From assembly GCA_007376395.1 (NCBI GenBank), contig VMGE01000003.1, positions 26,057-90,056 on the forward strand: a stretch of 64,000 nucleotides of DNA, given 5' to 3'. A model generated the notes under the pieces. It saw only the letters and a program-made list of their open reading frames with translations, was not told the DNA's origin and made no database searches. This stretch comes from Microgenomates group bacterium Gr01-1014_5. Its GTDB lineage: Bacteria; Patescibacteriota; Microgenomatia; UBA8517; UBA10165. The stretch's first letter is position 1. Each line of letters begins with the position of its first letter. The position numbers and the translations under genes are program-made. Below, one piece after another: positions 9,512 to 18,833 of the stretch.

Positions 9512-10129
9512 CTACTCCTTTGTCTTTTCAGGACCTTGGTTGCGGAAAGCATCAATAAATTTTATAATCCGTTCTTCGTCAAAATCATCCAGCTTATCTA
9601 TTCTCGTCCAGGCAGTCAAAGCAATGCGCGCGTCTAAAGCAGGTCGCGGGACAACAATTAACCTGTCTTCTCCTTTTTTCTTGTAAACCCCGGCAAGTTT
9701 GGCGACTAATTCTTTACATTCCGGTAAATCCCAATCTCCTCCGGAAATTGTTGCGCTTGGCGTACTTTCAGCCGAACCTGTTGCCTCATCCTCTCCTGTG
9801 TGCGCAAGGGCTTGCGGAATAAGATTAAAGCTTTGCGGGTGCACTTCGCAGTTGTAGCTTATGATGATATAGCCGTGTTCTAGCGAGTGAATTAAATATC
9901 CATCCTCCTTAACAGCACTATAAACCCCTTTTTTAACCCAATCCGCATAATGGTTACCTGAAGTTGGCGGGTTGGAATTATAATTAACTTTTGTTCCCAG
10001 AGGGACGTGTTCACGCCCCAAATCAGCCATAACTTCTCCCGTTAACGGTTTTGAGGCTCCGTACCACATCCAACCAATACCGGCAATTACTAAAATTGCT
10101 AAAACTATCCAAACAAAACTGCCTTTCAC
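9512..10129 (-). CDS. DUF3105-like membrane-anchored protein
   Basis: N-terminal TM helix; NPPTSGNHY and HSLEHGY motifs. Confidence 0.45.
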   Translation of the reverse strand: MKGSFVWIVLAILVIAGIGWMWYGASKPLTGEVMADLGREHVPLGTKVNYNSNPPTSGNHYADWVKKGVYSAVKEDGYLIHSLEHGYIIISYNCEVHPQSFNLIPQALAHTGEDEATGSAESTPSATISGGDWDLPECKELVAKLAGVYKKKGEDRLIVVPRPALDARIALTAWTRIDKLDDFDEERIIKFIDAFRNQGPEKTKE

Positions 10130-10485
10130 GGCATCAGTTTACCTTTCTTTTTGCTTTTAAGCAACGCGTGTGGATTCTACTTGACTCCTGTGCGACAACA
10201 GTATAATTTAGGTTGTGTCTGCAGAAAATTTTAGAAAAATTATCTCTTCTACTTTCGCGCGAGCCGCATTTGCAACCAGTTCTTTAGGTGAAGTAAACAT
10301 CACAAGAACATTAGCTCGTTTCGCCAGCGCAACAGAAGCTAGGAAAAAAGCACTTCTTGTAATTGCCCATCGCGCCGCCGCCGCGAGATTAAGAGAGAAC
10401 GTGATAAGAGATACCGAAAGATTCAACGAACACAGAGTAATGGAGGCAAATCTTAGTGGAATACCTTTTCGACAACAAAGAAAAA

Positions 10486-10836
10486 TTACGGAAGATCAGC
10501 AAAACATTTCTCCAGATCAACCTCAAGATCGCTCTTAAAAACTACCCCCTCGGCTTCAAGCCTTCTTTTCTGCTCCACTGGTCCGCCGAAAGCAAATCCA
10601 GAGGCAACTCTTCCTTCTTTGTTTACCACCCTGTGGCATGGCACTTTATCTGACTTGTTTTGGTGCAGTGCCCAACCCACCATCCTTGCATCAATTTTGA
10701 CTTTTGAGTTTTGAATTTTGATTTCTCGTGCCAGCGCGCCATATGTCATCACTTTCCCTTTCGGAATTTTACACACAAAGTTGTGCACTTTTGTTATGTA
10801 ATTTTCACTTTTGACTTGTACTTTTGCCTTTTGCAT
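10486..10836 (-). CDS. MGMT-family (O6-alkylguanine-DNA alkyltransferase C-terminal domain) protein. Likely start is MQKAKV at 10836.
   Basis: PCHRVV active-site motif with the flanking DNA-binding helix. The track ORF extends N-terminally to 11013 through low-complexity sequence. Confidence 0.7.
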   Translation of the reverse strand: MQKAKVQVKSENYITKVHNFVCKIPKGKVMTYGALAREIKIQNSKVKIDARMVGWALHQNKSDKVPCHRVVNKEGRVASGFAFGGPVEQKRRLEAEGVVFKSDLEVDLEKCFADLP

Positions 10837-11116
10837 TTTGACTTTTGAGTTTAAGCTCCTCGCGGAGCTGTTTGACTTTCCACATAAAGAGCCTTGCCGG
10901 AGTTGCGGTGTTGGCGTCTTTGACAAACGAGCGGGCGCGTTCAAGAATATGGCGCGGAACGGTTTTGGCAAAGCGCATATAAATTGCCATGTGCTCCGTG
11001 TCGCGAAGTTCAAGAGCTAAGTCATATGCATATTTTTGAAACTCCCGAGAAATATACCGATCCTCAGTAGGGTCAAACTGCTTCAAAACACCTCTTACTG
11101 AATCAAAATCAGCCAT
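10805..11116 (-). CDS. Hypothetical protein
   Basis: ORF track. Its C-terminus is encoded by a dispersed A/T-rich repeat and overlaps the MGMT start by about 30 nt. Confidence 0.35.
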   Translation of the reverse strand: MADFDSVRGVLKQFDPTEDRYISREFQKYAYDLALELRDTEHMAIYMRFAKTVPRHILERARSFVKDANTATPARLFMWKVKQLREELKLKSQNAKGKSTSQK

Positions 11117-11522
11117 GGTTAGCCAAATACCTGTCTATCAACTCTATATCCTTCAAATCCTTTTCTCTCCCAAGTTTTTGCTTAAACTTTTTCAAGTAAG
11201 GTAAGTTGATAAAACATACTCCCTCAACTGCTTCTGCTGTTTGAATTAAAGTTTGAAGATCGGCAATATTTTCATCGCTAAAGACCGATCCCTTCCCTAA
11301 AATCTGGATATCTCCAAGATTAATATTTTCTATTCCTTCAGGAGTTATTTCAACTTTATAATTAGACGCCAACCTGTCCCATAATTGCTTTGTAACCAAA
11401 ACATCAAAATCATTTGCCTCTCTCATGCCCCGCGCGGCCAGAGCTCCAGATCCCACGACAACATGTTGGTCTTCTGGTAAGTTTAATTCCTTTAACTGTT
11501 TAACTAGTTTCTGAAATTCCAT
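11109..11522 (-). CDS. Hypothetical protein
   Basis: ORF track; 4-nt overlap coupling with the downstream ORF. Confidence 0.45.
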   Translation of the reverse strand: MEFQKLVKQLKELNLPEDQHVVVGSGALAARGMREANDFDVLVTKQLWDRLASNYKVEITPEGIENINLGDIQILGKGSVFSDENIADLQTLIQTAEAVEGVCFINLPYLKKFKQKLGREKDLKDIELIDRYLANHG

Positions 11523-11578
11523 ATAAATAATTATACATTAAGAGCTTCAACACACTTTTCGCTATAGCGAAAAGTGTG

Positions 11579-12061
11579 TTAGCCTGAAGATACAGAAAAA
11601 AATACTTCCTGAGAAGCTTTTTTGATAACTTCCTCAAGAATCTTATGCTCTTCAGGGGTAAAATCCTGTAAAACATATGCTTCGCCCGGAACTCTGTTTT
11701 GCGGATCACGGTTATCAACCCCAATGCGCACTCGCCAAAAGTTTATATCACTCAAAATCCCTTCAACAGAAATCAGGCCGTTGTGCACTTTCGGTCCTAC
11801 CCCTAACTGAATTTTGTACTGTCCCAAAGGGATATCTAAATCGTCATGAGCGATGTATAAATCATTTAATGAAACTTTGTAAAAATTCTTTAATCTCGAA
11901 ACCGCAATTCCAGAGTCGTTCATGAAGGTGTCGGTTTTTTTTGCCACAATCCCTTCTGGTAAACCTATCCGCTCTAAATACTCCACGACCACATACCCAG
12001 CATTGTGCCGGTTATTTCTATATTTTTCCCCTGGATTTCCGAGTCCCACTATGAGTTTCAT
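11579..12061 (-). CDS. pth: Peptidyl-tRNA hydrolase
   Basis: MKLIVGLGNPGEKYRNNRHNAGY N-terminal signature. Confidence 0.9.
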   Translation of the reverse strand: MKLIVGLGNPGEKYRNNRHNAGYVVVEYLERIGLPEGIVAKKTDTFMNDSGIAVSRLKNFYKVSLNDLYIAHDDLDIPLGQYKIQLGVGPKVHNGLISVEGILSDINFWRVRIGVDNRDPQNRVPGEAYVLQDFTPEEHKILEEVIKKASQEVFFSVSSG

Positions 12062-12693
12062 ATAATTTTTACTTCCTCTAACTTTTTTCTAACACGTTCA
12101 AAAATATACTCGTGACCTTGAGAATTTGGGTGCAAACCGTCTTCTAAACAGTCTTTACAATCAGTTCTGAATTTATCAAATGTATCTGCAAATGGTAAAC
12201 CGTTCTCTTCACAAAACTCTATCAAAATCCGATTGTATTCTTCGATTTCGCTGTTTAAATAAGCCTTTTGACGCAACAGACCCCAAGGGTTAGTTTTTGT
12301 TTCATCAACTGGAGTTAATCCAGCAAACAATAATTTCACAGAGTGTTTTTGAGCACAATCCGCAAGTTCTTTTATATTTCGGCGAAATGCTTCTTTGCTA
12401 ATACTATTTGTTTTATCTTTTGTCAAAAGAGCAGAATCATTTATTCCTACGGCGAACACAAAAACTGTCTCTTCGTTCTCATCACGTCTTGCTAAATATT
12501 CTCCTTCAAAACGCTCAAGTAAATCTTGGGTTGTATCCCCAGGAACACCCAAATTGTGAACTTCGTAGTAATTTTCTTGATTTGAAGTAATAGATCGGCT
12601 TGATAGGTCGTTTTTCAGCCTTTCTGCCCAACCGCCCTCTTTATCCCACTGGCCAAAAGTAATACTATCACCGAAGATAAAAATCTGCGACAT
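12058..12693 (-). CDS. SGNH/GDSL hydrolase. Likely start is MSQIF at 12693.
   Basis: FIFGDSITFG (block I), GINDS (block III) and DGLHPNSQGH (block V, DxxH). Confidence 0.85.
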   Translation of the reverse strand: MSQIFIFGDSITFGQWDKEGGWAERLKNDLSSRSITSNQENYYEVHNLGVPGDTTQDLLERFEGEYLARRDENEETVFVFAVGINDSALLTKDKTNSISKEAFRRNIKELADCAQKHSVKLLFAGLTPVDETKTNPWGLLRQKAYLNSEIEEYNRILIEFCEENGLPFADTFDKFRTDCKDCLEDGLHPNSQGHEYIFERVRKKLEEVKII

Positions 12694-12697
12694 GTGC

Positions 12698-14065
12698 TTA
12701 GAATATACTTTCTTGCCTAGGTTTTTCAACCTCCCTCCATATTTTGACTGTACCAAAGGTTCCGTCATATCCGGGTTTTACAAAAATATCTCCAGTCCTT
12801 ACTTTTCCTATCGCTTCCCTTAATCTTGTTCCGCCAGCCTTTTCGATGTCTTCTAAAGAAACATTAAGTAAAATTTGAAACTCTGGGGCAAGAGTCGAAG
12901 TAAGCCTTTCATATTCTGTTTGCACTTTTTTACTCCCTACCCCAACTTGCAAAACTTCAGACAAAATTTCTTGCAAAGGAACTAAGTTTACAAACGGCGG
13001 CCGGGAGCCTTTTTTGGAGTAAACCCATCGAACACTATTTTTATCCAATTTATGCTCCACGGCCTCTTCCCGCGACGAAAGGTCTTCCGTCCTCTGAAGC
13101 GCTCCGACTGTCAATTTCTTCCCGCAAACCGGACAAATCAAACCAACCTTTTTCGTCTCTGATGGCGAAAAACTCACCCCGCATTTTCTATGTCCTGTGT
13201 AGTGATACTTCCCCTCCTCCCGGTAAAATTCGAATGTGCAAGAGATTTGAGGCTGGAGACTAGAGGCTGGATTATTTTTCTTTCTAGTCTCTAACCTCTG
13301 ACCTCCAGCCTCAGGTTTGTTAACTATCGCCTCCCTAACATTCCCATACGTCAATTCCGGTACCTCAAACACCGTCGCTTCGCGGCCGATTTTTGGCAAA
13401 GAATGCGCGTCTGAAAAAGAAACAATGTTTCTATTATCAAGTTCTTTTATCCTCCAATTCATAGCTGGATCCGACCCAAGTCCCGTTTCAACCGCATAAA
13501 TGTATTTTGCATAATCTTTGAATGCATCGTCCAGAGAATCAAACCCGCCGTGTGCTCCGTAAAACCCAAACCAAGGAGTCCAGGCGTGAGCTGGAATTAA
13601 GAGACAGTTTGCGTCTATGTCTAAAACATGCGCAGTAAGATCGCGACAGGATAAATTTAGTATCGGTCGGCCATCAGATAGTAAATTTTGTCCCAACTCT
13701 TTTAATTTCTTGTTTATTTTACCAACAGTTTCTAAATTAGGAGCAAAAATTAAAATGTGAACTGCATGATACCGACCCTCCTGGTGGTAAGCACATGACA
13801 CCTCTGTTGATAACAAAAAATGTGGTTCGCTTACTTGGTCTAGCCTCTGACCTCCAGTCTCTAGCCTCAACTTAAAAATACCTTCATTCACTTCTATTAA
13901 ATTATTTTTAAGCTCTGCCAACCAAATCGGGTGTGTCCAATCCGCAGGAGTAATTAAATCTATCCCCTTTTTTTGCGCCCACTCTGCCATTTTTTCCAGC
14001 GTGATATTTTTCGACACCGCGCGCGCGTAGGGAGAATGAAGATGTAAATCAGCAATAACCTGCAT
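12698..14065 (-). CDS. PHP-domain nuclease-like protein with a C-terminal zinc ribbon (EndoQ-like architecture)
   Basis: N-terminal ADLHLHSPYA PHP motif and a C-terminal CTFEF...C / CPVCGKK zinc finger. The gene contains in-frame palindromic repeat insertions. Confidence 0.55.
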   Translation of the reverse strand: MQVIADLHLHSPYARAVSKNITLEKMAEWAQKKGIDLITPADWTHPIWLAELKNNLIEVNEGIFKLRLETGGQRLDQVSEPHFLLSTEVSCAYHQEGRYHAVHILIFAPNLETVGKINKKLKELGQNLLSDGRPILNLSCRDLTAHVLDIDANCLLIPAHAWTPWFGFYGAHGGFDSLDDAFKDYAKYIYAVETGLGSDPAMNWRIKELDNRNIVSFSDAHSLPKIGREATVFEVPELTYGNVREAIVNKPEAGGQRLETRKKNNPASSLQPQISCTFEFYREEGKYHYTGHRKCGVSFSPSETKKVGLICPVCGKKLTVGALQRTEDLSSREEAVEHKLDKNSVRWVYSKKGSRPPFVNLVPLQEILSEVLQVGVGSKKVQTEYERLTSTLAPEFQILLNVSLEDIEKAGGTRLREAIGKVRTGDIFVKPGYDGTFGTVKIWREVEKPRQESIF

Positions 14066-14121
14066 TTTATGTTGGGTATAAATAATTTACCTGCAATACG
14101 ACATATCGAATCTTTTATTCG

Positions 14122-15129
14122 CTATCTAAACAACCATACTGAAGGATTAAAGCCTGAAAGCTGAAGGTATACGAACAAAAGATAAATCCCCAGCAGTAAT
14201 CCCGACTCCAACCTCGCAATTCCCCTCTTTGTATGCGCAAAAAACCAGAAGAAAAGAATTGAAACCAAAAACATAATTGTCGTCAGCAGGTATTCCCTCC
14301 TGTACGGAATGGAAACAGGGGAAATAACCGCTACCAAACCAAGGATAAATGTCGCGTTGGCAATAATTGATCCCAGAGAATTGCCGATAAGCAAGGCCGG
14401 CTGTCCCCGCCGGATTGTCTCGTAGGAAAAAGCTAGCTCAGGCAGGGTCGTCCCCAAGGAAATAATCAGTAAACCAACGACAAAAAGCGGTATCCCCATA
14501 CTTGATGCCAAACCAGAGGAGAGCCGGACTATAAAATCTGCTGAAACTAAAAGCACGGCAGTGGAAAAGAAAAACCTGAATAATTCATGTCTAATATGTC
14601 CTGTGTCTTCCTCTATTTCGACAAAAAGTTTGTGTAGCTCGCTTTCTTTTTGATGGTGGCGGCCTACAGCTAAAAACCCGCGATGAAAAAGACCTGAGGC
14701 GTATAACCCGTATAACATTAATAAAATTAAGCCGTCGGTGCGCGATAATTCCCGATCCCAAAGCAGAATTATCGGCGCAAGGCCGGCAAACAGCGCTAAA
14801 GGAAGCTCTTGATTTAAAAATTTTTCGTCTTTAATGTTTATAGCCCCTCCAAAAAGCCCTGCCAAGCCGACGATTAGAGTAATATTGGCAATGTTAGCTC
14901 CAACTATATTTCCCAACGAAAGACTGGAAGCTCCACTCATTGCCGAGGTAACACCCACAAAAAGTTCAGGGAGAGATGTTGCCAAAGCCAGAATTAGTGC
15001 CGAGACAGCATACCCTGATAAGTTAGTGATTCTTGTCAAACGGCGTATTGCAACCACAACGCCATCTGCGGCTTTAATTAAGACTAAAGAAAGGAGAAAA
15101 ATAATTACTATCGTGACGAGAGGATTCAT
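14122..15129 (-). CDS. CaCA-family Na+/Ca2+ exchanger (YrbG-like)
   Basis: Two alpha-repeat signatures, ATSLPELFV and GTTLPELA; about 10 TM helices. Confidence 0.85.
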   Translation of the reverse strand: MNPLVTIVIIFLLSLVLIKAADGVVVAIRRLTRITNLSGYAVSALILALATSLPELFVGVTSAMSGASSLSLGNIVGANIANITLIVGLAGLFGGAINIKDEKFLNQELPLALFAGLAPIILLWDRELSRTDGLILLMLYGLYASGLFHRGFLAVGRHHQKESELHKLFVEIEEDTGHIRHELFRFFFSTAVLLVSADFIVRLSSGLASSMGIPLFVVGLLIISLGTTLPELAFSYETIRRGQPALLIGNSLGSIIANATFILGLVAVISPVSIPYRREYLLTTIMFLVSILFFWFFAHTKRGIARLESGLLLGIYLLFVYLQLSGFNPSVWLFR

Positions 15130-15240
15130 AATTAATTTTTAATTTGAAATTTGAAATTTGAAATGAAATTTAAATGATCAAATGTTTTAAACATTAAAAA
15201 ATTGAGATTTGATTAAAAATTAGAAATTGAAAATTTAAAA

Positions 15241-17001
15241 TTACTTACCGGTTTGCATTTTATAGAGTTCTTTTATTTCATGAACCGAAGTTGCCTGTTC
15301 AGGATTCTTATCATCCCTAACCCTAATAAGCCTAGGGAAGCGCAGTGAATAACCTACGGTGTGCCGCGGTGAAGGCGTTATTTCGTCTGCAAGTACCTCT
15401 AAAACAACTTTTGGGCGAACCCAAATATCAGGCTTGGTAATTTTGTCGACAGTATATTCAAACGGCTGTTTGTCAACTTTCAATTTCTCAACTATTTTGA
15501 ACATCTCCCGAAACTGTTCGTCAGTCAAACCTGTCCCTAAATTTGTCAGAGAATAATACTTTCCATCACCCCCCGGAACTCCAATTAAAACCCCGCCAAT
15601 TCCAAAAGTCGATCTTTTCCCGCGCCCTGCATAGGCTCCCATCAAAACCGTATCAATTGTATCTGTAACCTTTGACTCCTCGCCTTTAGTGTTTTCCGTA
15701 TGGCGCTTAAACTTTACCCAATGAAACCCTCTCCCTCCGGGCTGGTATGCAACGTCTAATTTTTTAACCATTGCGCCTTCTAAACCTTGTTTAAGATACT
15801 CATCAACTTTTGAGCGCAAATCCTCTGCATTACTAATTATTTCCTGATCGGTTAAAACAATCGTTCTCGTATCTGATTTACCAAGTATTTTTTCTAACTG
15901 TTTTCTCCTTTCAAAAAAGGGTCGGTCTAAAAGCGTTTCTCCGTCTAAATATAGAATGTCAAAAACAAATGACTTTAAAGGGATATCTATTACTGCCTGT
16001 TCTATCCCGTGTTTTCTTTTCCGCTGAACAGTATCTTGGAAGGGTAAAAGTTTTTGAGTTGCAGGATTATAAGCAATCGATTCTGAGTCAAAGATAGCTG
16101 ATTCAACCGGAAGTTTCTTTACCGCCGAGACAATCTCCGGGAACATATGGGTTACATTCTCAAGGTTCCTCGAGAAGATTCTGACTTCTTTACCCCGCGA
16201 AGCATTAGCGGAGTGGGGCCACAAGTGTATTTGTGTCCTAAAACCATCAAATTTAGGTTCAACGGCGAATTTACTCCCCATTTTTTCGGCTATCTTTTCT
16301 GCTGATGCCAGTCTTTCTGCTAAGGCACACCTTATAGGAATTCCCGGCTCTGCTCTAATCCTTCTAATCCCTTCTAATCCCCCCACTTTTACCTTCTGGG
16401 CTATTTTCCCTATATCTGCTGTTACGCTAAACGCTGCTTCTATTTGTTTTCTTGCGCTTTTGTCACCCTTTTCCAACACAGACAAAGCGTCCAATATCGT
16501 CATGTCGGAAAATCCGAGCCTTAATTTTCCTGTTGGAATTCTGGTTACGTATTTTGCAGAAAGTGGATCAATTCGGCTCAAAAGATTTGCCATTTTAGTC
16601 AGCTTCCTTTCCTGGCTATCCTTTCCGCTCTCCAAAGCTATCTCTTTTAAGAGCTCAAATACCTGTCCGACTGAAAGTTTTGACTTTTGAATTTTAACTT
16701 TTGAGTTTGCGAGAGCGCTTGCCACGTCTCCCAAATCTCCCGCTTTTTTATATTGTTCCGTCACTTTCTCTATGTCTACCTTGTAGGCAAGCGCAATTGC
16801 GCGCGCAACCATCTTCTCTGCTAATTGAAACTCTAACCCTTCGTAATTTGGAGCAACTCTGCCTAAAACGAGGTAGCAAATTTTATCGATTTCCCTTGCA
16901 TCGGCTTTTTTAAACAACTCAGCCAGTATTTGGGTTATTTCGTTTCTTGAAGCGGTTTTTTCTAACCGACTGAGAAATTCGGAAAATTCTTGGAAAGACA
17001 T
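15241..17001 (-). CDS. lig: ATP-dependent DNA ligase. ATG start at 17001; the track begins at a GTG at 17022.
   Basis: Motif I EPKFDGFRTQIH (KxDG) with downstream adenylation and OB-fold motifs. Confidence 0.9.
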   Translation of the reverse strand: MSFQEFSEFLSRLEKTASRNEITQILAELFKKADAREIDKICYLVLGRVAPNYEGLEFQLAEKMVARAIALAYKVDIEKVTEQYKKAGDLGDVASALANSKVKIQKSKLSVGQVFELLKEIALESGKDSQERKLTKMANLLSRIDPLSAKYVTRIPTGKLRLGFSDMTILDALSVLEKGDKSARKQIEAAFSVTADIGKIAQKVKVGGLEGIRRIRAEPGIPIRCALAERLASAEKIAEKMGSKFAVEPKFDGFRTQIHLWPHSANASRGKEVRIFSRNLENVTHMFPEIVSAVKKLPVESAIFDSESIAYNPATQKLLPFQDTVQRKRKHGIEQAVIDIPLKSFVFDILYLDGETLLDRPFFERRKQLEKILGKSDTRTIVLTDQEIISNAEDLRSKVDEYLKQGLEGAMVKKLDVAYQPGGRGFHWVKFKRHTENTKGEESKVTDTIDTVLMGAYAGRGKRSTFGIGGVLIGVPGGDGKYYSLTNLGTGLTDEQFREMFKIVEKLKVDKQPFEYTVDKITKPDIWVRPKVVLEVLADEITPSPRHTVGYSLRFPRLIRVRDDKNPEQATSVHEIKELYKMQTGK

Positions 17002-17039
17002 ATCTCGTGCTAAATATATCACAAATGAAGCTGTTTTAC

Positions 17040-17561
17040 TTACTCTTTTTCTACTCCAGAACGCGGGTTATCTTGATAGCATTTTAAGCTTTCAAAAAAA
17101 TCTCTCCCTTCCCCTTCGTCTTCTTCTTCAAGGTTTCTTAAAAAAAGTTCCATTGTCCGCTCTGCTTCAGCGTTAGTGTAAGGCATAAACTCCTGTGTTT
17201 CGGTGTTAAAACTCCCAACGATCTTGGGAAGCGACTCCGCTTCTCCGTTTTTGTTTAACGGAGAAAGCTTAAAAACAAGCACCATGGAGTTGAAATCTAA
17301 ATCAGTTAAACCAGCCATTAGCGCGCTCGCAAGAACGCTATGTTTTTCTCTTTCTAGGGTAATTTCGCCCAACTCCTTTGTCCTTGTTAATAAACCGTAA
17401 GGCTTAAGCCAATCTCTCGGTTGAGTATTCTCTGGAAGATCTAATTCGCTACCTAACAAACAATGTTCTTGTGGAGTCAAACAACCTCTATTAATACCCT
17501 CTGATCCAAACCCAATTGAGTATCTCTCTCCTGCAAATTCAAACTGTATAGGTTTTCGCAT
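17040..17561 (-). CDS. Hypothetical protein
   Basis: ORF track; acidic C-terminus; immediately upstream of the ligase on the same strand. Confidence 0.45.
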   Translation of the reverse strand: MRKPIQFEFAGERYSIGFGSEGINRGCLTPQEHCLLGSELDLPENTQPRDWLKPYGLLTRTKELGEITLEREKHSVLASALMAGLTDLDFNSMVLVFKLSPLNKNGEAESLPKIVGSFNTETQEFMPYTNAEAERTMELFLRNLEEEDEGEGRDFFESLKCYQDNPRSGVEKE

Positions 17562-17595
17562 TCAATTAATGTATCACAATATTAAGTTTTAAGCG

Positions 17596-18465
17596 TTGAG
17601 GATACTGGGCAAGTTGGCTAAAGAGTATATGTCCAAACTATATCACAATTCTGAACCTAACTTGAAATTTTTCGTATTTAAGAGTATCGTGTGTCGCATG
17701 ATAGAGTTTCCCCTCTTCGGTGAGCCATGGGATAGTAAAATTGCTAGCGAGCTGAAAGGTTTCAACACACAAGCGGCAAGCGCAGTTTCTTTTTACCACG
17801 ATTTGGCCACAACCTCCCCGACTGCAGCACTTCAAAGATTTTCTTCAGCTCTTGAAGTGGTAAGAAATGCAAACCCCAAGCGAGCACTGGTAGAAGCGAT
17901 AGCTACCGGTCCAAACCCCGACTGGACAGGACCCATACTTAAAATCATGGGGCATATTTATCCTAATTTAGATAAAGACACACGGAAAATTGCTCTTGTT
18001 AAGAGCCTTGATTTTTTAGATGGTCTAAGATGTGATGTTGCCCAAGAAAACGTTGCTCACGTCACTGAGCCATGGCTGGTTGCTGATATCATCATTAACA
18101 GATGGATTTACAACCCGGGATACGAACAGGCTGATGAGTTATTAAAAAAATACAGAACATGGGCCGACCTTTACCCGCATTTAGAATCTACTTCCCCTTT
18201 TTGGATTTGCTTTGCGATGATCTTAGAAAACCGAGCTTCTAATGAAATTAGAGCCCGTTTTTTTCAGTTATTCCCCAAACTAGCAGACAGAACGCTTGAT
18301 GCCGCAGCCGGTTTTACCGAAACTTATGCCAAAATGGATCACAAAAAACAAGGGGTTCCGCAAGAGGCAGCCAGAGAGAACTGTCTCCAAGATTACTGTT
18401 GGGAAATCCACGATCAAATTAGAAAAAAGATTAGTGAAGAAAAGTGGATAGCCCTCGAAACCTAG
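17596..18465 (+). CDS. Hypothetical protein
   Basis: ORF track; no recognisable motif. Confidence 0.45.
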   Translation: MRILGKLAKEYMSKLYHNSEPNLKFFVFKSIVCRMIEFPLFGEPWDSKIASELKGFNTQAASAVSFYHDLATTSPTAALQRFSSALEVVRNANPKRALVEAIATGPNPDWTGPILKIMGHIYPNLDKDTRKIALVKSLDFLDGLRCDVAQENVAHVTEPWLVADIIINRWIYNPGYEQADELLKKYRTWADLYPHLESTSPFWICFAMILENRASNEIRARFFQLFPKLADRTLDAAAGFTETYAKMDHKKQGVPQEAARENCLQDYCWEIHDQIRKKISEEKWIALET

Positions 18466-18659
18466 CTTTTAATCATGCTAGAAAAGAAAAAATAAGCAAA
18501 AACAACGACTCCTATAAACATCAAGCCAAAAACAATGCTCAGCCAGCCTCCTTTGTCTTCGTGCAGAATTTTAGTCAAACCCTCGCCGATTAAAGTCAAG
18601 CCAAAAAGACTGGGTAAAATCAAAATCATGTAAAGAAACTGCGGGTCGTTAGGTGTCAT
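18462..18659 (-). CDS. Small two-TM membrane protein
   Basis: ORF track. Its 5' end is duplicated about 70 nt upstream. Confidence 0.3.
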   Translation of the reverse strand: MTPNDPQFLYMILILPSLFGLTLIGEGLTKILHEDKGGWLSIVFGLMFIGVVVFAYFFFSSMIKS

Positions 18660-18730
18660 ATATTTATAAAGAGCAATTTCTTTGAAACATAAATGTTATA
18701 AAGAAACTGCGGATCAGATGCTGACATATA

Positions 18731-18833
18731 CTTAAATTTCTAATTACTAATTAACCTAATTTCTAAAAAAATCCCAAGTACCAATTTCCTAAATATTTAG
18801 GTCAATTAGAACAATTAGGGCAATTTTTACGAA
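18731..18833. repeat. AATTAG-rich intergenic element sharing about 45/60 nt with 55168-55224 (TCTAATTACTAATT...CTAAATAAATCCCA...TTAGGTCAATTAG)
   Basis: My direct comparison of the two intergenic regions. Both lie between tandem minus-strand genes and contain TTGACC on the coding strand. Confidence 0.55.

Noticed and set aside
10208-10538. ORFs 10208..10426 (minus) and 10215..10538 (plus)
   Set aside because: They overlap each other, have no features, and are low complexity. I cannot choose between them; see the related finding on the orphan promoter.
15130-15240. AATTTGAAA x3 tandem and an AATGTTTTAAACATT palindrome
   Set aside because: Simple AT-rich low-complexity intergenic sequence typical of promoter or terminator spacers; no evidence of a specific element.
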